A stretch of DNA of 64,000 nt, taken from the IMG/VR virus record IMGVR_UViG_3300037424_000224, positions 10,662-74,661 of that record. One strand, given 5' to 3'. The notes under the pieces are model-generated. The model had not been told where the DNA came from. It saw only the letters and a list, made by a program, of their open reading frames with translations, and ran no database searches. A program made the translations under genes and the position numbers. The stretch comes from a virus. Lineage: Duplodnaviria > Caudoviricetes. Shown one piece after another: positions 1-9,454 of this stretch; the stretch's first letter is position 1, and each line of letters opens with the position of its first letter.

Positions 1-627
1 ATCTGGATTGATTGTTAATGGTGAACCTAATAGAGGAGTAACAGAGACTTTCATTTCTCTACCCTCACCTTTAGCCATTAACTGGATAGCAAAATGAGTT
101 AATCCTAGTTTTGCACCATTAATTGGGTCTGCATCTTTGGGGTCAACAACTGAATTATTTAGTGCGTCTAACTGAGCAAATAGTTCTGGCCCTCTTTCAA
201 GAATTTGTACCTCATTCATAGATTCTGCCTTAACGTCCACTAGAGAATTACCTTTAGCATCTGTGGCAGGGTAGACTAACTTATCATTCTTATCTTTCAT
301 AGGTAAGTATGGTTCACCATCAGAACCCCTCTTAACGGGGGTAAGATTAACTACATTTACCATATATCTCTTTTGAATCTTATTAAAGCTTGGATTCTTC
401 CAACCGTCAGGGCCGAGTAAAGCGTTCTTAGCGCAAACTGGACATTCTGCCTTACCCAGACATCTAACGCTGGCTTTCTTTCCTTCACTATCAGTTAGCC
501 AATGTTGCCACTTCTGAACTGCGTCGGCGTCGATAACTTGTACAATGGCAGGGATTCCTGCGATTACTTTGACGAACTTATTTGCATTTGTTGCGGTATT
601 TTTCTTGGGCTCTACGTAATATGCCAT
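1..627 (-). CDS. T4 gp32-like single-stranded DNA-binding protein (runs off left edge; not in ORF track)
   Basis: Manual translation from ATG at 627: MAYYVEPKKN...QKWQHWL...VRCLGKAECPVC...IQKRYMVNVVNLTP...QILERGPELF. The Zn-binding H/C-x5-CPxC pattern and position next to recA/pol fit gp32-type SSB. Confidence 0.7.
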   Translation of the reverse strand, partial: MAYYVEPKKNTATNANKFVKVIAGIPAIVQVIDADAVQKWQHWLTDSEGKKASVRCLGKAECPVCAKNALLGPDGWKNPSFNKIQKRYMVNVVNLTPVKRGSDGEPYLPMKDKNDKLVYPATDAKGNSLVDVKAESMNEVQILERGPELFAQLDALNNSVVDPKDADPINGAKLGLTHFAIQLMAKGEGREMKVSVTPLLGSPLTINPD

Positions 628-645
628 TTTAATATTTTCCTTTTA

Positions 646-1083
646 TTATTTGGTGTCTGCTGTTGCTGATATTGTTACCGTCGATGTTAATGGTGTTACT
701 GATACAACTGGACTTGTTATTACTGCGCTTTTTTCTGTTACTACTGGGTCTACTGGTTTAGTATCAGTAGTCTTTAGTTCACCGAATACACTTGATGCAC
801 TAATAAAACCTATATTTTTGTTATTTACACGGTCAGCTACTGACATTCCTAACTTATATCCACCAGTTGTTGAAACTGAAATAATCAAGCCAGCAATAAT
901 AACCACTATCCACTGTGATACGTCTATAGGTTTTGTAACTGTAAATTGATATGCACTACCTATTAATGATCCTACTCCTAATGCTAACCACTCTGCCGCT
1001 GTTCCACTTAAACCTGCCTTAGTTTTAATCCACTCAGTAAGACCCAGGATTAATGCTACTACTGCTCCTAGACTAATATCCAT
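646..1083 (-). CDS. Holin-like small membrane protein with Thr/Val/Pro-rich C-tail
   Basis: 2-3 hydrophobic segments (VVALILGLTEWIK; WLALGVGSLIG; IIAGLIISVSTTGGYK) in a phage-holin-like arrangement. Confidence 0.5.
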   Translation of the reverse strand: MDISLGAVVALILGLTEWIKTKAGLSGTAAEWLALGVGSLIGSAYQFTVTKPIDVSQWIVVIIAGLIISVSTTGGYKLGMSVADRVNNKNIGFISASSVFGELKTTDTKPVDPVVTEKSAVITSPVVSVTPLTSTVTISATADTK

Positions 1084-1089
1084 ATTTAT

Positions 1090-2073
1090 TTATTTATCTC
1101 CTAATACTTGCGCTAATACTTCTTTTTCTATTTTGTCAGTTAATTCTTGATTCTCGGACAACATCGCTATAGTCTTTTCTTTACCTTGACCAATATTTTC
1201 CCCATTATAAAATGTATATGCGCCCCTAGGAATTAATACTCCATACTCAATTGCCATATTATATACCTCTGCACCTTTAACAATTCCCTTTCCATAATAT
1301 ATACTATAATGAGGTTCACTGCCCGGACGGCCACCAACTTTGTTTTTCTTAAAGTTGGCTATACAGTCTATTCCTACTACTTCACCATTGACTTTAATAT
1401 CTTCTTTCTTCTTAGTTTGAATTCTAACTGAAGCATAGTGTTTTAGAGCGTGTCCACCAGACGTACCAACCATTGGCACATAACTTCCAATTACATCTCT
1501 GGCCTGATTGGTAAAAATCATAGCGACATTATTCGCCCGTATGCCATACATATTCTTTTTGAAATACTGAGTTAGAAGTCCAGAAATAGATGAAACACTT
1601 CTCTCACCAATTTCCTTTTCTTTCTCTGTAGCAGTTGAAAGTCCCACTACGGAGTCAAATACAATACAACCAAATAAACCACTGTCAATCCATCTTTCTG
1701 ATAAACTTAAAGCACTATCTAATGTATCTGGCTGACTAAACCAAAGAGAGTCGTAATCTACTCCACATAATTCCATATAATCAGGATCACCCGACTGTTC
1801 AGTATCGATATACCCACAATGAATACCTTTACGTTGTGCGTTGGCAATAATATAATTACATAAGGTACTTTTTCCTGTGGATTCTATTCCAAAAAGTTCA
1901 GTTACACGTCCTCTTGGTATACCACCAATTCCTGTGGCTAGGTCTACTGCTAGTGAACCTGTAGAAATTGCTTCTGGCTTGATTCCATCAAATCCAGCAC
2001 CAGTTAATACGATTGCGTCATCTTCCCATTCTTTTCTAATATCTTTTAATAGTTTATCTAATTCTTCACTCAT
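1090..2073 (-). CDS. recA: RecA/UvsX recombinase
   Basis: ISTGSLAVDLATGIGGIPRGRVTELFG, Walker A GIESTGKST, YIDTEQ, VFDSV, IFTNQAR, GGHALKHYASVR, KNKVG. Confidence 0.97.
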   Translation of the reverse strand: MSEELDKLLKDIRKEWEDDAIVLTGAGFDGIKPEAISTGSLAVDLATGIGGIPRGRVTELFGIESTGKSTLCNYIIANAQRKGIHCGYIDTEQSGDPDYMELCGVDYDSLWFSQPDTLDSALSLSERWIDSGLFGCIVFDSVVGLSTATEKEKEIGERSVSSISGLLTQYFKKNMYGIRANNVAMIFTNQARDVIGSYVPMVGTSGGHALKHYASVRIQTKKKEDIKVNGEVVGIDCIANFKKNKVGGRPGSEPHYSIYYGKGIVKGAEVYNMAIEYGVLIPRGAYTFYNGENIGQGKEKTIAMLSENQELTDKIEKEVLAQVLGDK

Positions 2074-2293
2074 GCTTTGTATTATACCACATTTCTTCTA
2101 TTTTGTCAAGTTCGGAGCTCTTCACTCTAATTCTTACTGTAATATCAGTTACACCGCCAGAACTTGATGTATCATAATCTGTTACAATACATGCCGGTGT
2201 TTCTACTGACATTAATTTTACTACAAAAAAACGTTCTTTTTTGCTCATACTTTCATCCACCCCAACTTTTTCCGCACAAAACATCAACTTCAA
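2066..2293 (-). CDS. Hypothetical protein (true start probably the internal MSKKE)
   Basis: Fills the gap between pol and recA in the same operon. Confidence 0.5.
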   Translation of the reverse strand: MKLMFCAEKVGVDESMSKKERFFVVKLMSVETPACIVTDYDTSSSGGVTDITVRIRVKSSELDKIEEMWYNTKHE

Positions 2294-4076
2294 TCGGCAC
2301 AGTTTTAATCATAGATTCTCCGGCTCTAATCATACAATCTCGTACAATTTCTTCACCTCGTTCGGCAAATTCTTCTGGTACTTGACAAACTATTTCATCA
2401 TGAACTGCTATAATAATATTACCACCGACCTCTTTAAGTGCATCATAAAGATATACTTTAGCCAGCTTTGTCATATCAGCACTTGTACCTTGAATGGCAT
2501 GGTTGGCTCCCTCACGTTTAATTGAAGATAAAATCTGTTCAAAATCTTGATTACCAAAACTTGGTGTAGTAAAGTAGCGTCTACGTCCTAAAATAGTGGT
2601 CGCGTAACCATTAATTACTGCTTCGTTTCCTAATTCCTTTAGTTTAGCAGTTAAGATTGGATAGGCTGCATGAAAACCTTCTACAATAGTCCTGGCTTCT
2701 TTCATACTTACTTGAAACTTAGAAACTAAATTACTTGGGCCACTTCCATACAAACTTGCAAAATTAATATTTTTTGAAATTGTTCGCTCTCTACTATCTT
2801 TAGTAACTTCGTCATAGGGAATATGAAATACTTTAGAAGCTGTTAGTTTGTGCATATCCTTACCAGTTCTATAAGCTTCCAAGAATTCTGGTTCTTGACT
2901 CAGTTCAGTAGCAATTCTTAATTCTACTTGACTATAATCTGATTTAATTAATACACAATGTGGGTCTGCTATAAAAGCTAATCTATAATTAATATCTACA
3001 GATGGGTCTTTTGCTGGGTTGGGACATTGCTGAAGATTGGGTTGTTCACAGGATTCTCTGCCTGTGGCGGCTCCGATTTGATTAAATCCAGCATGAATCT
3101 TACCATCTTTTTGTACATAATCATCTATATAAGACTGACCAAAAGCACTTAATCTCTTACTTAATTTTCTATTTTTAAGAAGTGCCTCCACAACTGGGTG
3201 ATGAATATTAGATAAAGCCTCTGAGCCTGTACTATCTACTTTAATACCAAAAGTATTAAGCATTACTAAAACTTGCTGAATACTGTTTAGATTAATTTCA
3301 GTAGCCTCTATCTTTTCAATTACTGAAATTCCTTTCTTTTTACGGGGTACATCTAAAGTTCCGGCAGTAGATAACATTTCTCGTAGTTCTTTTTCCGCTT
3401 GTTTTTGACGTTTATTAGTAAGATCGTAGATTTTCATCCAGAGTTTCTGGTCAAATCCTACTCCTAATAATTCCATCTCTGCTAGAATTCTTACTAAAGG
3501 AAACTCTATATTGTACGCAATATTGGCTACGTCTTTCTTGATTAACTGTTCATAGATAAGTGGATAGAGTTTAAGTAGATAAATTACGTCATCTGCCGCA
3601 TAGTTTAGTTGTTGGTCAGTAAAGAATACAATTTCTTCTTGGAACTGATTTCTAATCTCTTTTACTAGATTTACATTCAGGTACTTAAAGGTTAAGTCAT
3701 TTAGAGAAGACATAATCTTACCAATTCCAGCAGTTAATAAGGATTCTGCTATCATGGTATCAAATACATATTCTGGAAGCCATCCATAGTTCTTTTTTAG
3801 AAACTTAATATCAAATTTTCCATTATGAAATAACCATCTAATATGTGAACTCAATCTGCTAAAAAACTCAGTCATGTCCAAAGCTCTAGCATCATAAATG
3901 TAAACTAAATCCTCAGATACGCCAATTTGTACTAAAAGTAATTGATTTTCAAGTGCATTTAGTCCATTAGTTTCAACATCTAATGCCATTACTTCTTTAA
4001 ATGGTTCAAAAGACTCTCTGTTGATTATTTCGAGTGACTTCCACATTTCTTCTTCAGTTGTTATATAATGCCACAC
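2253..4076 (-). CDS. polA: DNA polymerase family A (3'-5' exonuclease + polymerase, no 5' nuclease domain)
   Basis: Exo I ALDVET, HNGKFD, YAADD; motif A DYSQVELR, motif B SKNINFASLYG, motif C VHDEIV. Confidence 0.97.
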   Translation of the reverse strand: MWHYITTEEEMWKSLEIINRESFEPFKEVMALDVETNGLNALENQLLLVQIGVSEDLVYIYDARALDMTEFFSRLSSHIRWLFHNGKFDIKFLKKNYGWLPEYVFDTMIAESLLTAGIGKIMSSLNDLTFKYLNVNLVKEIRNQFQEEIVFFTDQQLNYAADDVIYLLKLYPLIYEQLIKKDVANIAYNIEFPLVRILAEMELLGVGFDQKLWMKIYDLTNKRQKQAEKELREMLSTAGTLDVPRKKKGISVIEKIEATEINLNSIQQVLVMLNTFGIKVDSTGSEALSNIHHPVVEALLKNRKLSKRLSAFGQSYIDDYVQKDGKIHAGFNQIGAATGRESCEQPNLQQCPNPAKDPSVDINYRLAFIADPHCVLIKSDYSQVELRIATELSQEPEFLEAYRTGKDMHKLTASKVFHIPYDEVTKDSRERTISKNINFASLYGSGPSNLVSKFQVSMKEARTIVEGFHAAYPILTAKLKELGNEAVINGYATTILGRRRYFTTPSFGNQDFEQILSSIKREGANHAIQGTSADMTKLAKVYLYDALKEVGGNIIIAVHDEIVCQVPEEFAERGEEIVRDCMIRAGESMIKTVPIEVDVLCGKSWGG

Positions 4077-4441
4077 TATTTATTTCTACTTTCTTTAAAC
4101 TTATTGATTGCGTATCTCCAAGCTTTATCTGCTTGTTCATTATCTGGCTGTTGTAATAATACATCTTCAAATTTGGATAGTATAGTTAGAGGTAATGCTT
4201 CTACGTCTCCCATAAAAACGCATCCCCACTTACCAGAAAACATTACATGGTTACAAACATTATCGCTTTCAAAATATACAGCACACATACGTTTATAAGT
4301 ACCAGAATAATAAGCACATAAATCTGTCGGAATCATTATAATGCTAACAGGAGAAAATGTGGTATTACAAACATGACAAGTAATCATATCAGTGGGTTGT
4401 CTATATGCCACACCAGTTTCTAACTCAAAAATACTATTCAC
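4076..4441 (-). CDS. Hypothetical protein
   Basis: Abuts the polA start; operon-like packing. Confidence 0.55.
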   Translation of the reverse strand: MNSIFELETGVAYRQPTDMITCHVCNTTFSPVSIIMIPTDLCAYYSGTYKRMCAVYFESDNVCNHVMFSGKWGCVFMGDVEALPLTILSKFEDVLLQQPDNEQADKAWRYAINKFKESRNK

Positions 4442-4517
4442 TTAATTCCTTTCTGGATATTAATAAAGTAATCCATTTACTGAATATCCTTGCCCGATAA
4501 TCCATAATTAGTCTCTA

Positions 4518-4718
4518 TTAAATACATTTAATTTTCCTATATAATTTATAAATATAAAGTCTATAATTGTTTTCTTTATACTCACTACTATTTTTAATGT
4601 CCTTAATAAATTCTTTAAAATAATCCTTACAATCCTTTATAAGATAAAATTCATCTGATTCTATATAGTATTCATTATTATTACTTATTTCCACTATTGT
4701 AGCAATATATTTATACAT
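4518..4718 (-). CDS. Hypothetical protein
   Basis: Start overlaps the stop of the upstream gene. Confidence 0.5.
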   Translation of the reverse strand: MYKYIATIVEISNNNEYYIESDEFYLIKDCKDYFKEFIKDIKNSSEYKENNYRLYIYKLYRKIKCI

Positions 4719-5071
4719 TATGCTTCACCTCTATCTATGATAAAATTAATTAACTTACCCGTTTTTTCTGCATAAAGAGATAAAATTGCCATTTGACCGT
4801 CATTACCATTAGTAAATATATGGACTTCATCTACTAAATCTACTAATGTATCATAACCTATGATTTTCGGGACTCTACTAGTAAATTCAGATTTAGTAAC
4901 TGGTATATCAATCACAATTAAATCCTGAAATAAGGCTTGATTACGAGCAACATTATCTACACCTTCCATCCTACCACAGTATAAAATTGTATCAATTGAT
5001 AAAGTTTTTACAAACTCTTTAACCAAATCTAAGTCTGGAAAATTAACTGAACCAGTAATTAACACTTTCAT
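4718..5071 (-). CDS. SLOG-superfamily (DUF2493/YspA-like) protein
   Basis: MKVLITGSVNFPD...CGRMEGVDNVA...DLVDEVHIF pattern typical of phage YspA/DUF2493 proteins. Confidence 0.6.
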   Translation of the reverse strand: MKVLITGSVNFPDLDLVKEFVKTLSIDTILYCGRMEGVDNVARNQALFQDLIVIDIPVTKSEFTSRVPKIIGYDTLVDLVDEVHIFTNGNDGQMAILSLYAEKTGKLINFIIDRGEA

Positions 5072-5307
5072 TAAAAGCCTCTCGAACTATTCTGAAATTC
5101 CCACTCTTTACCGTGTTCAAATCCTAATTTATAGGCTCTCTCAAGCTCTGATGCTACCCATCCCCAATCTCTAAAGAAATAGTTATCCTCTGGTTCTCCA
5201 CCGTCCCAAAATTCATTAGATACTTCGTTATCTACAATAATAGTTAATTTACTTCTATAGTCATCATTCATTTCAGATTGTTCAACTATGTATCTACGCT
5301 TTTCCAT
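5071..5307 (-). CDS. Hypothetical protein
   Basis: Coupled ORF in operon (GGEPED, WVASELERAYKLG). Confidence 0.55.
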   Translation of the reverse strand: MEKRRYIVEQSEMNDDYRSKLTIIVDNEVSNEFWDGGEPEDNYFFRDWGWVASELERAYKLGFEHGKEWEFQNSSRGF

Positions 5308-5848
5308 CTAAATAATCCTTTCCTATATTATGTTCAAATATATCATTTAACCAGTCAAAGAATTCTTTTGAAGATAGATTTCTTTTTGCTTTGTTACAAA
5401 TAATACAACACGGAACACAGTTATACAAATAATAACCAATACTGTTATCATATCTATCTATTCCAGAATACTTTAAGTTTACTTTATTTACTACATCATA
5501 AAACGTATTATTAGGTAATCTACCACAATAGAAACATTCTTGTTGTATAAGTACATCAAAATCAAATCTAGATAAGTTAAAATCTACATTTCTACGAACA
5601 GCGTCAACTCTATAACCCTTATAAATTCGTTTACACATTCTTTCAAATGAAGTTTGATTTGATTTTCTTAGACACCCACAAGATGTTGTATGCCCTCTTC
5701 GTAAACCACTAACGTCTACCAATTTAATATTTCCACAATCACACTTACATTTGTATATAATTCTTCTACTTTGGTTTCGTTTTGGGGCTTCTTCGATTAC
5801 AGTTAACGAGCTAAATTTACGGCCTATCAAAAATTCCTTCTCTGGCAT
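5294..5848 (-). CDS. Free-standing HNH-type homing endonuclease
   Basis: LIGRKFSSLTV...CKCDCG...GHTTSCGC N-terminal motif; CFYCG...GIDRYDNSIGY...NCVPCCIICNKAK HNH-like core. Confidence 0.8.
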   Translation of the reverse strand: MPEKEFLIGRKFSSLTVIEEAPKRNQSRRIIYKCKCDCGNIKLVDVSGLRRGHTTSCGCLRKSNQTSFERMCKRIYKGYRVDAVRRNVDFNLSRFDFDVLIQQECFYCGRLPNNTFYDVVNKVNLKYSGIDRYDNSIGYYLYNCVPCCIICNKAKRNLSSKEFFDWLNDIFEHNIGKDYLDGKA

Positions 5849-6611
5849 TTTTTTCCTCCCAATCAGTAAAATATTTTATATACTCTTGATGAGTCTCAAA
5901 CCCTATAAAATTATGCCCTAATAGTTTAGCGGACACAGCAGTAGTTCCTGAGCCCATAAAAGGGTCAAGAACTAAACCATTTTCAGAAGTACAAAACCAA
6001 TCAATCATCTGTTTAGGAAGTTCAATTGGAAATACCCCATGATGTCCGGGTAAGTGGTCTACAGGTAAATCACACACGTTTCCCCAATGCCAAAATGGTT
6101 TATCTAATTGTGGAAGCGTCTGTAATCTACACTCAAATGGGTCACCTTTACTATAAATAAAAATATTCTCGTATCTAGGCATTAATCTTACTGGTCGGTC
6201 GCCTTTCTTACTCATATTCTGCCATTTAGTCTCAGCAAAGCTCAGACGATAGCCACCTTTAGGCTTAGCCCATATTAAGTTATCATAATAGGTAAAGATT
6301 TGTTCTTGTTTGTCGTCCACAGCATATTCTAACATGGCTTGGGTATCAAAACCTAAACTATACTTTCTACCATCTACTACAATTCTAGGACTTACATTCC
6401 AACAAATAAATCCACCCTTCTTTAATACTCTACCGCACTCCCTAATGACGTTAGTTATAAAATATAAATAGTCATTATAGGTTTTCCACTGTGCATATTC
6501 TCTAGCATTATAATAAGGCGGTGAAGTTACTATTAAGTCTACTGAATTAGTAGGAATTTCAGTAAGTCCTACTATACAATCCATATTATAAATCTTGTTT
6601 AGTTCCAGCAA
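5817..6611 (-). CDS. DNA methyltransferase, N4-C/N6-A beta class
   Basis: VDLIVTSPPY (motif IV) before VLDPFMGSGTT (motif I); HHGVFPIELP. Confidence 0.92.
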   Translation of the reverse strand: MLELNKIYNMDCIVGLTEIPTNSVDLIVTSPPYYNAREYAQWKTYNDYLYFITNVIRECGRVLKKGGFICWNVSPRIVVDGRKYSLGFDTQAMLEYAVDDKQEQIFTYYDNLIWAKPKGGYRLSFAETKWQNMSKKGDRPVRLMPRYENIFIYSKGDPFECRLQTLPQLDKPFWHWGNVCDLPVDHLPGHHGVFPIELPKQMIDWFCTSENGLVLDPFMGSGTTAVSAKLLGHNFIGFETHQEYIKYFTDWEEKNAREGIFDRP

Positions 6612-7792
6612 AGTTTAATAATCCTTTAAGTTGAACATTTAGAATCTCGAATAGGTTATCAGTTGGGATGTCTACAAAATATTCGCATACTTTATCAGAC
6701 CAATGTATTTCAACCCCTTGTTCTGATACACACACTTCTGGAAATAAAGAATAAACTATTGTAGAACCAAGTTCCTCTTCTGTTTTTTCTCGTACTGTTG
6801 CTTGTATCATATTAATCAACCTTATAGATAATAGTAAATGTTACGTTATGATATTTACCATAATTTGTACCAAATGAAGTCTCTGACTGAGTAGTATTAA
6901 TAATATAAATATCCTTCTCTCTATTATCAAATAACCACTTATTGACATTGGACTCTAATTCAACAGAATTGGCCGACTCGAATATTTTTACTTTTAACAT
7001 TATTTCCCCAATAGCAATAGAATTAGATTAAATAAATCACCAATTCCCAACTTAACGTAATAGACCTCACCAGCATCTCTAAATTCTAGTTCAACTTCTT
7101 TAGGATTCTTTTTATCTACTTCGGACTTAACATTTTCAATCTTTACAGCTGACCCGCGGGTCGGATTAAACTTTATTACTCTCATAGTATCTTAATTCCT
7201 TTAGGCTGTAGATAGTATCTACTGGTACACTCCAATTATCTGATAATTCAAAAATCGCTAAAAACTCACCATCATTAGTAAGTCCACCTACTCTAAGATT
7301 GATTCTAGTCTTTATTTCGTAACCAGAGATAACAAATCTTATTTTATTTAATTGTTGCTCTGCTAATTCTAGGGCACTTAGTAACTGATAATACCAATTA
7401 TACCCTGTACCTTTACAAAAGAAATCTAATGTATCTTTATCCACTAGCTCCTAACTTAATCAATAGTGCTATTAAAGCTGCTACCATAAGAATCTCTGCT
7501 GCTGTTAACTCTGGTCTATTATCTGGTTTTCCAGAACCATTACCACTTGATGTATCACTCACTTTTAACTATACCTACTTGTAATATTGTATGTGTCTCC
7601 AAGATTCATATTAATCTCTTCAATACAAACTGATTTAATACCCCATGATTCCTGTAATTCTTTTGCTGCAATTCTAGCATCTTCCAAAGACATTTCACAC
7701 ACTATAAAATATGCTTCGTCTACAAAACCTCTATTTGATTGTTCTAAATGAACAAGAAAGTATTTCATTTTACGAGCCTTTCCGTCACTCAT
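6586..7792 (-). CDS. Run of five small hypothetical ORFs (6586-6819, 6812-7000, 7000-7185, 7166-7444, 7565-7792)
   Basis: Same strand, overlapping start/stop junctions, no recognisable motifs. Confidence 0.5.
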
Positions 7793-7884
7793 TATTTGGA
7801 AACCTAGATATTACTACTAATATAATTGTAACAATTACTGCTCCAATAAAAAATCCTAAAATAAAACTATTATTTATATCCATT

Positions 7885-8271
7885 TTAATGTCCTAACTCT
7901 TTAACAATAATTTCCCTTGGTAACCATACTATACTCCAATGAAACTTAAAACCATCTACTATATCTTTTAATTCTCGAAGTCTAGGATAATTTATCTTCC
8001 ATAGATTTTGTACTTGATTAACTAGTAATTTAGAATCTGAATAGATTGTATTATCATAAGCTGAGTCACCATACACTGCTAAAAATCCTAAACATCTAAT
8101 TAAAGCCCAATACTCAGCTTCATTATTGGTTTTAGCATCTATAAAACTAAACTTCTTATCCCATTGTAATAAGTTTCCATCATTATCATAAACCTTAAAA
8201 CTACAATAAGGATTACATTTTCTTATATTATCATAACCGCCGTCTACGTAGCAGATCATATTACAACTCAT
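7885..8271 (-). CDS. rnhA: Ribonuclease HI-like protein
   Basis: YVDGG, TNNEAEYWAL, IYSDSKLLVNQV, WLPRE acidic-triad pattern of RNase HI. Confidence 0.85.
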   Translation of the reverse strand: MSCNMICYVDGGYDNIRKCNPYCSFKVYDNDGNLLQWDKKFSFIDAKTNNEAEYWALIRCLGFLAVYGDSAYDNTIYSDSKLLVNQVQNLWKINYPRLRELKDIVDGFKFHWSIVWLPREIIVKELGH

Positions 8272-8461
8272 GATTCACAAATAAAATTATAGGCCAACAA
8301 ACCACAGTTATACATGCTAGAAGTATATACATGAATAACCTATATGATATATCTGATAACTCACTTCTCTCATAATATATAAGTGAAATTAATGTGATTA
8401 CCCCACCGAGTAAATAAATTTCAGCTAACAACTTTAATAAATCCATATTAAATCCTTCCAA
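8261..8461 (-). CDS. Small membrane protein
   Basis: Two hydrophobic helices. Confidence 0.5.
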   Translation of the reverse strand: MEGFNMDLLKLLAEIYLLGGVITLISLIYYERSELSDISYRLFMYILLACITVVCWPIILFVNHEL

Positions 8462-8685
8462 AAACTATAAATATAGTAGCAACTACTATACATAGTAATA
8501 ATATTACTACTAAACAGGGTATAACTATTTTAGATGTAAAATTCATTTCTTTTTACTCATTTCCTTTAACATTTTTTGTAACTTATGAATTGAAAACTTA
8601 CATAACTGAGCTATGTCTGACATATCTTCAATCTTTTTAATAATTTTATCTATTTCTTTTGTATTATTTTTCATAGACTTTCTTT

Positions 8686-8717
8686 AACATCGGAAGAATT
8701 TAAATTCTTCCGATGTT
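8686..8717. repeat. Perfect 32-bp palindrome AACATCGGAAGAATTTAAATTCTTCCGATGTT
   Basis: Equals its own reverse complement; intergenic. Confidence 0.9.
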
Positions 8718-8953
8718 CAGTTTTAATTTTTTTATTTTCTAATTATTTACTTACTAATGAAAGCGAAAGCTCCTAGCTCCCAAACCAAAATTCTTTCATT
8801 AGTTACAACATGAAATCAAGCGTTTTATAGCAAAACGTACTCAAAATTAAAACATACGAATTTCACGTAAACCCGCTGACTAGACTGGCAGACGCAGCTT
8901 CCCACGCCAAAAATTTATATAAATTTCAGTTCGTCTTCCTGAAAGTTGTCACT

Positions 8954-8982
8954 ATTATAACACAGTTTGTTAAAACTGTCAA
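8954..8982 (-). promoter_or_regulatory. sigma70 promoter TTGACA-17-TATAAT with extended -10
   Basis: Reverse strand TTGACAGTTTTAACAAACTGTGTTATAAT. Confidence 0.85.
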
Positions 8983-9055
8983 GTCCCGTATGGGGGTTGA
9001 ACCCATAATCTCCACCGTGAGAGGGTGGTAGCTTATTCCATTTGCCTAACGGGAC
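8982..9055 (-). tRNA. tRNA-Glu(CTC)
   Basis: Acceptor GTCCCGT/ACGGGAC, anticodon arm CCACC-CTCTCAC-GGTGG, T-loop GGTTCAACCC. Confidence 0.9.
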
Positions 9056-9074
9056 AGCTTTCACTGCCGCCTCT

Positions 9075-9103
9075 ATTATAGCACAAAAGCTTCCACTTGT
9101 CAA
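9075..9103 (-). promoter_or_regulatory. sigma70 promoter TTGACA-17-TATAAT with extended -10
   Basis: Reverse strand TTGACAAGTGGAAGCTTTTGTGCTATAAT; directly upstream of tRNA-Glu. Confidence 0.85.
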
Positions 9104-9157
9104 GGGCAGTACAAAATCGCCTTGTGAGAGCTGGCGGCAGCTTTCTCGATTGGCAAC

Positions 9158-9186
9158 ATTATAGCACGTTTGTCGCAGCTTGTCAA
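9158..9186 (-). promoter_or_regulatory. sigma70 promoter TTGACA-17-TATAAT with extended -10
   Basis: Reverse strand TTGACAAGCTGCGACAAACGTGCTATAAT. Confidence 0.85.
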
Positions 9187-9240
9187 GAGCTGACACTATA
9201 TTAGGGCTAAAACTGATGCCAAATGGCGGCATTGCCTATA

Positions 9241-9262
9241 TTTTACACGCTAACGTGTAAAA
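9241..9262. promoter_or_regulatory. Inverted repeat TTTTACACG-CTAA-CGTGTAAAA (candidate operator)
   Basis: 9-bp perfect arms lying between the divergent promoter sets. Confidence 0.5.
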
Positions 9263-9338
9263 CTTAACTTGATTTTAACTAATTTTCGTAAAAGTCCCCC
9301 AAAAAGTGTTCTAAATCCACCTAATATAGTATAAAAGC

Positions 9339-9367
9339 TTGACAAATTAGTTAAAATGTGTTATAAT
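9339..9367 (+). promoter_or_regulatory. sigma70 promoter TTGACA-17-TATAAT with extended -10
   Basis: TTGACAAATTAGTTAAAATGTGTTATAAT, 8 nt before tRNA-Gln. Confidence 0.88.
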
Positions 9368-9375
9368 ATAAATAT

Positions 9376-9451
9376 TCCGGTGTCGTTCAATTGGACTAGG
9401 ACAAATGACTCTGACTCATTAAATTTGGAGGTTCAAACCCTTCCACCGGAG
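9376..9451 (+). tRNA. tRNA-Gln(CTG)
   Basis: Acceptor TCCGGTG/CACCGGA, anticodon arm AATGA-CTCTGAC-TCATT, GGTTCAAACC T-loop. Confidence 0.9.
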
Positions 9452-9454
9452 CTT

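Noticed and set aside
650-4298. Plus-strand ORFs antisense to holin, recA and polA (same for antisense ORFs over TMP and other long genes)
   Set aside because: Shadow ORFs with no recognisable protein features.
8915-9232. 105-aa ORF across the promoter block
   Set aside because: It overlaps tRNA-Glu and three promoters; spurious.
9376-9451. Stop-codon reassignment/suppressor tRNA
   Set aside because: Anticodons are CTG, TAG (Leu), CTC and TAT, none a suppressor. Genes are full length in code 11 and TAG/TGA end real genes.
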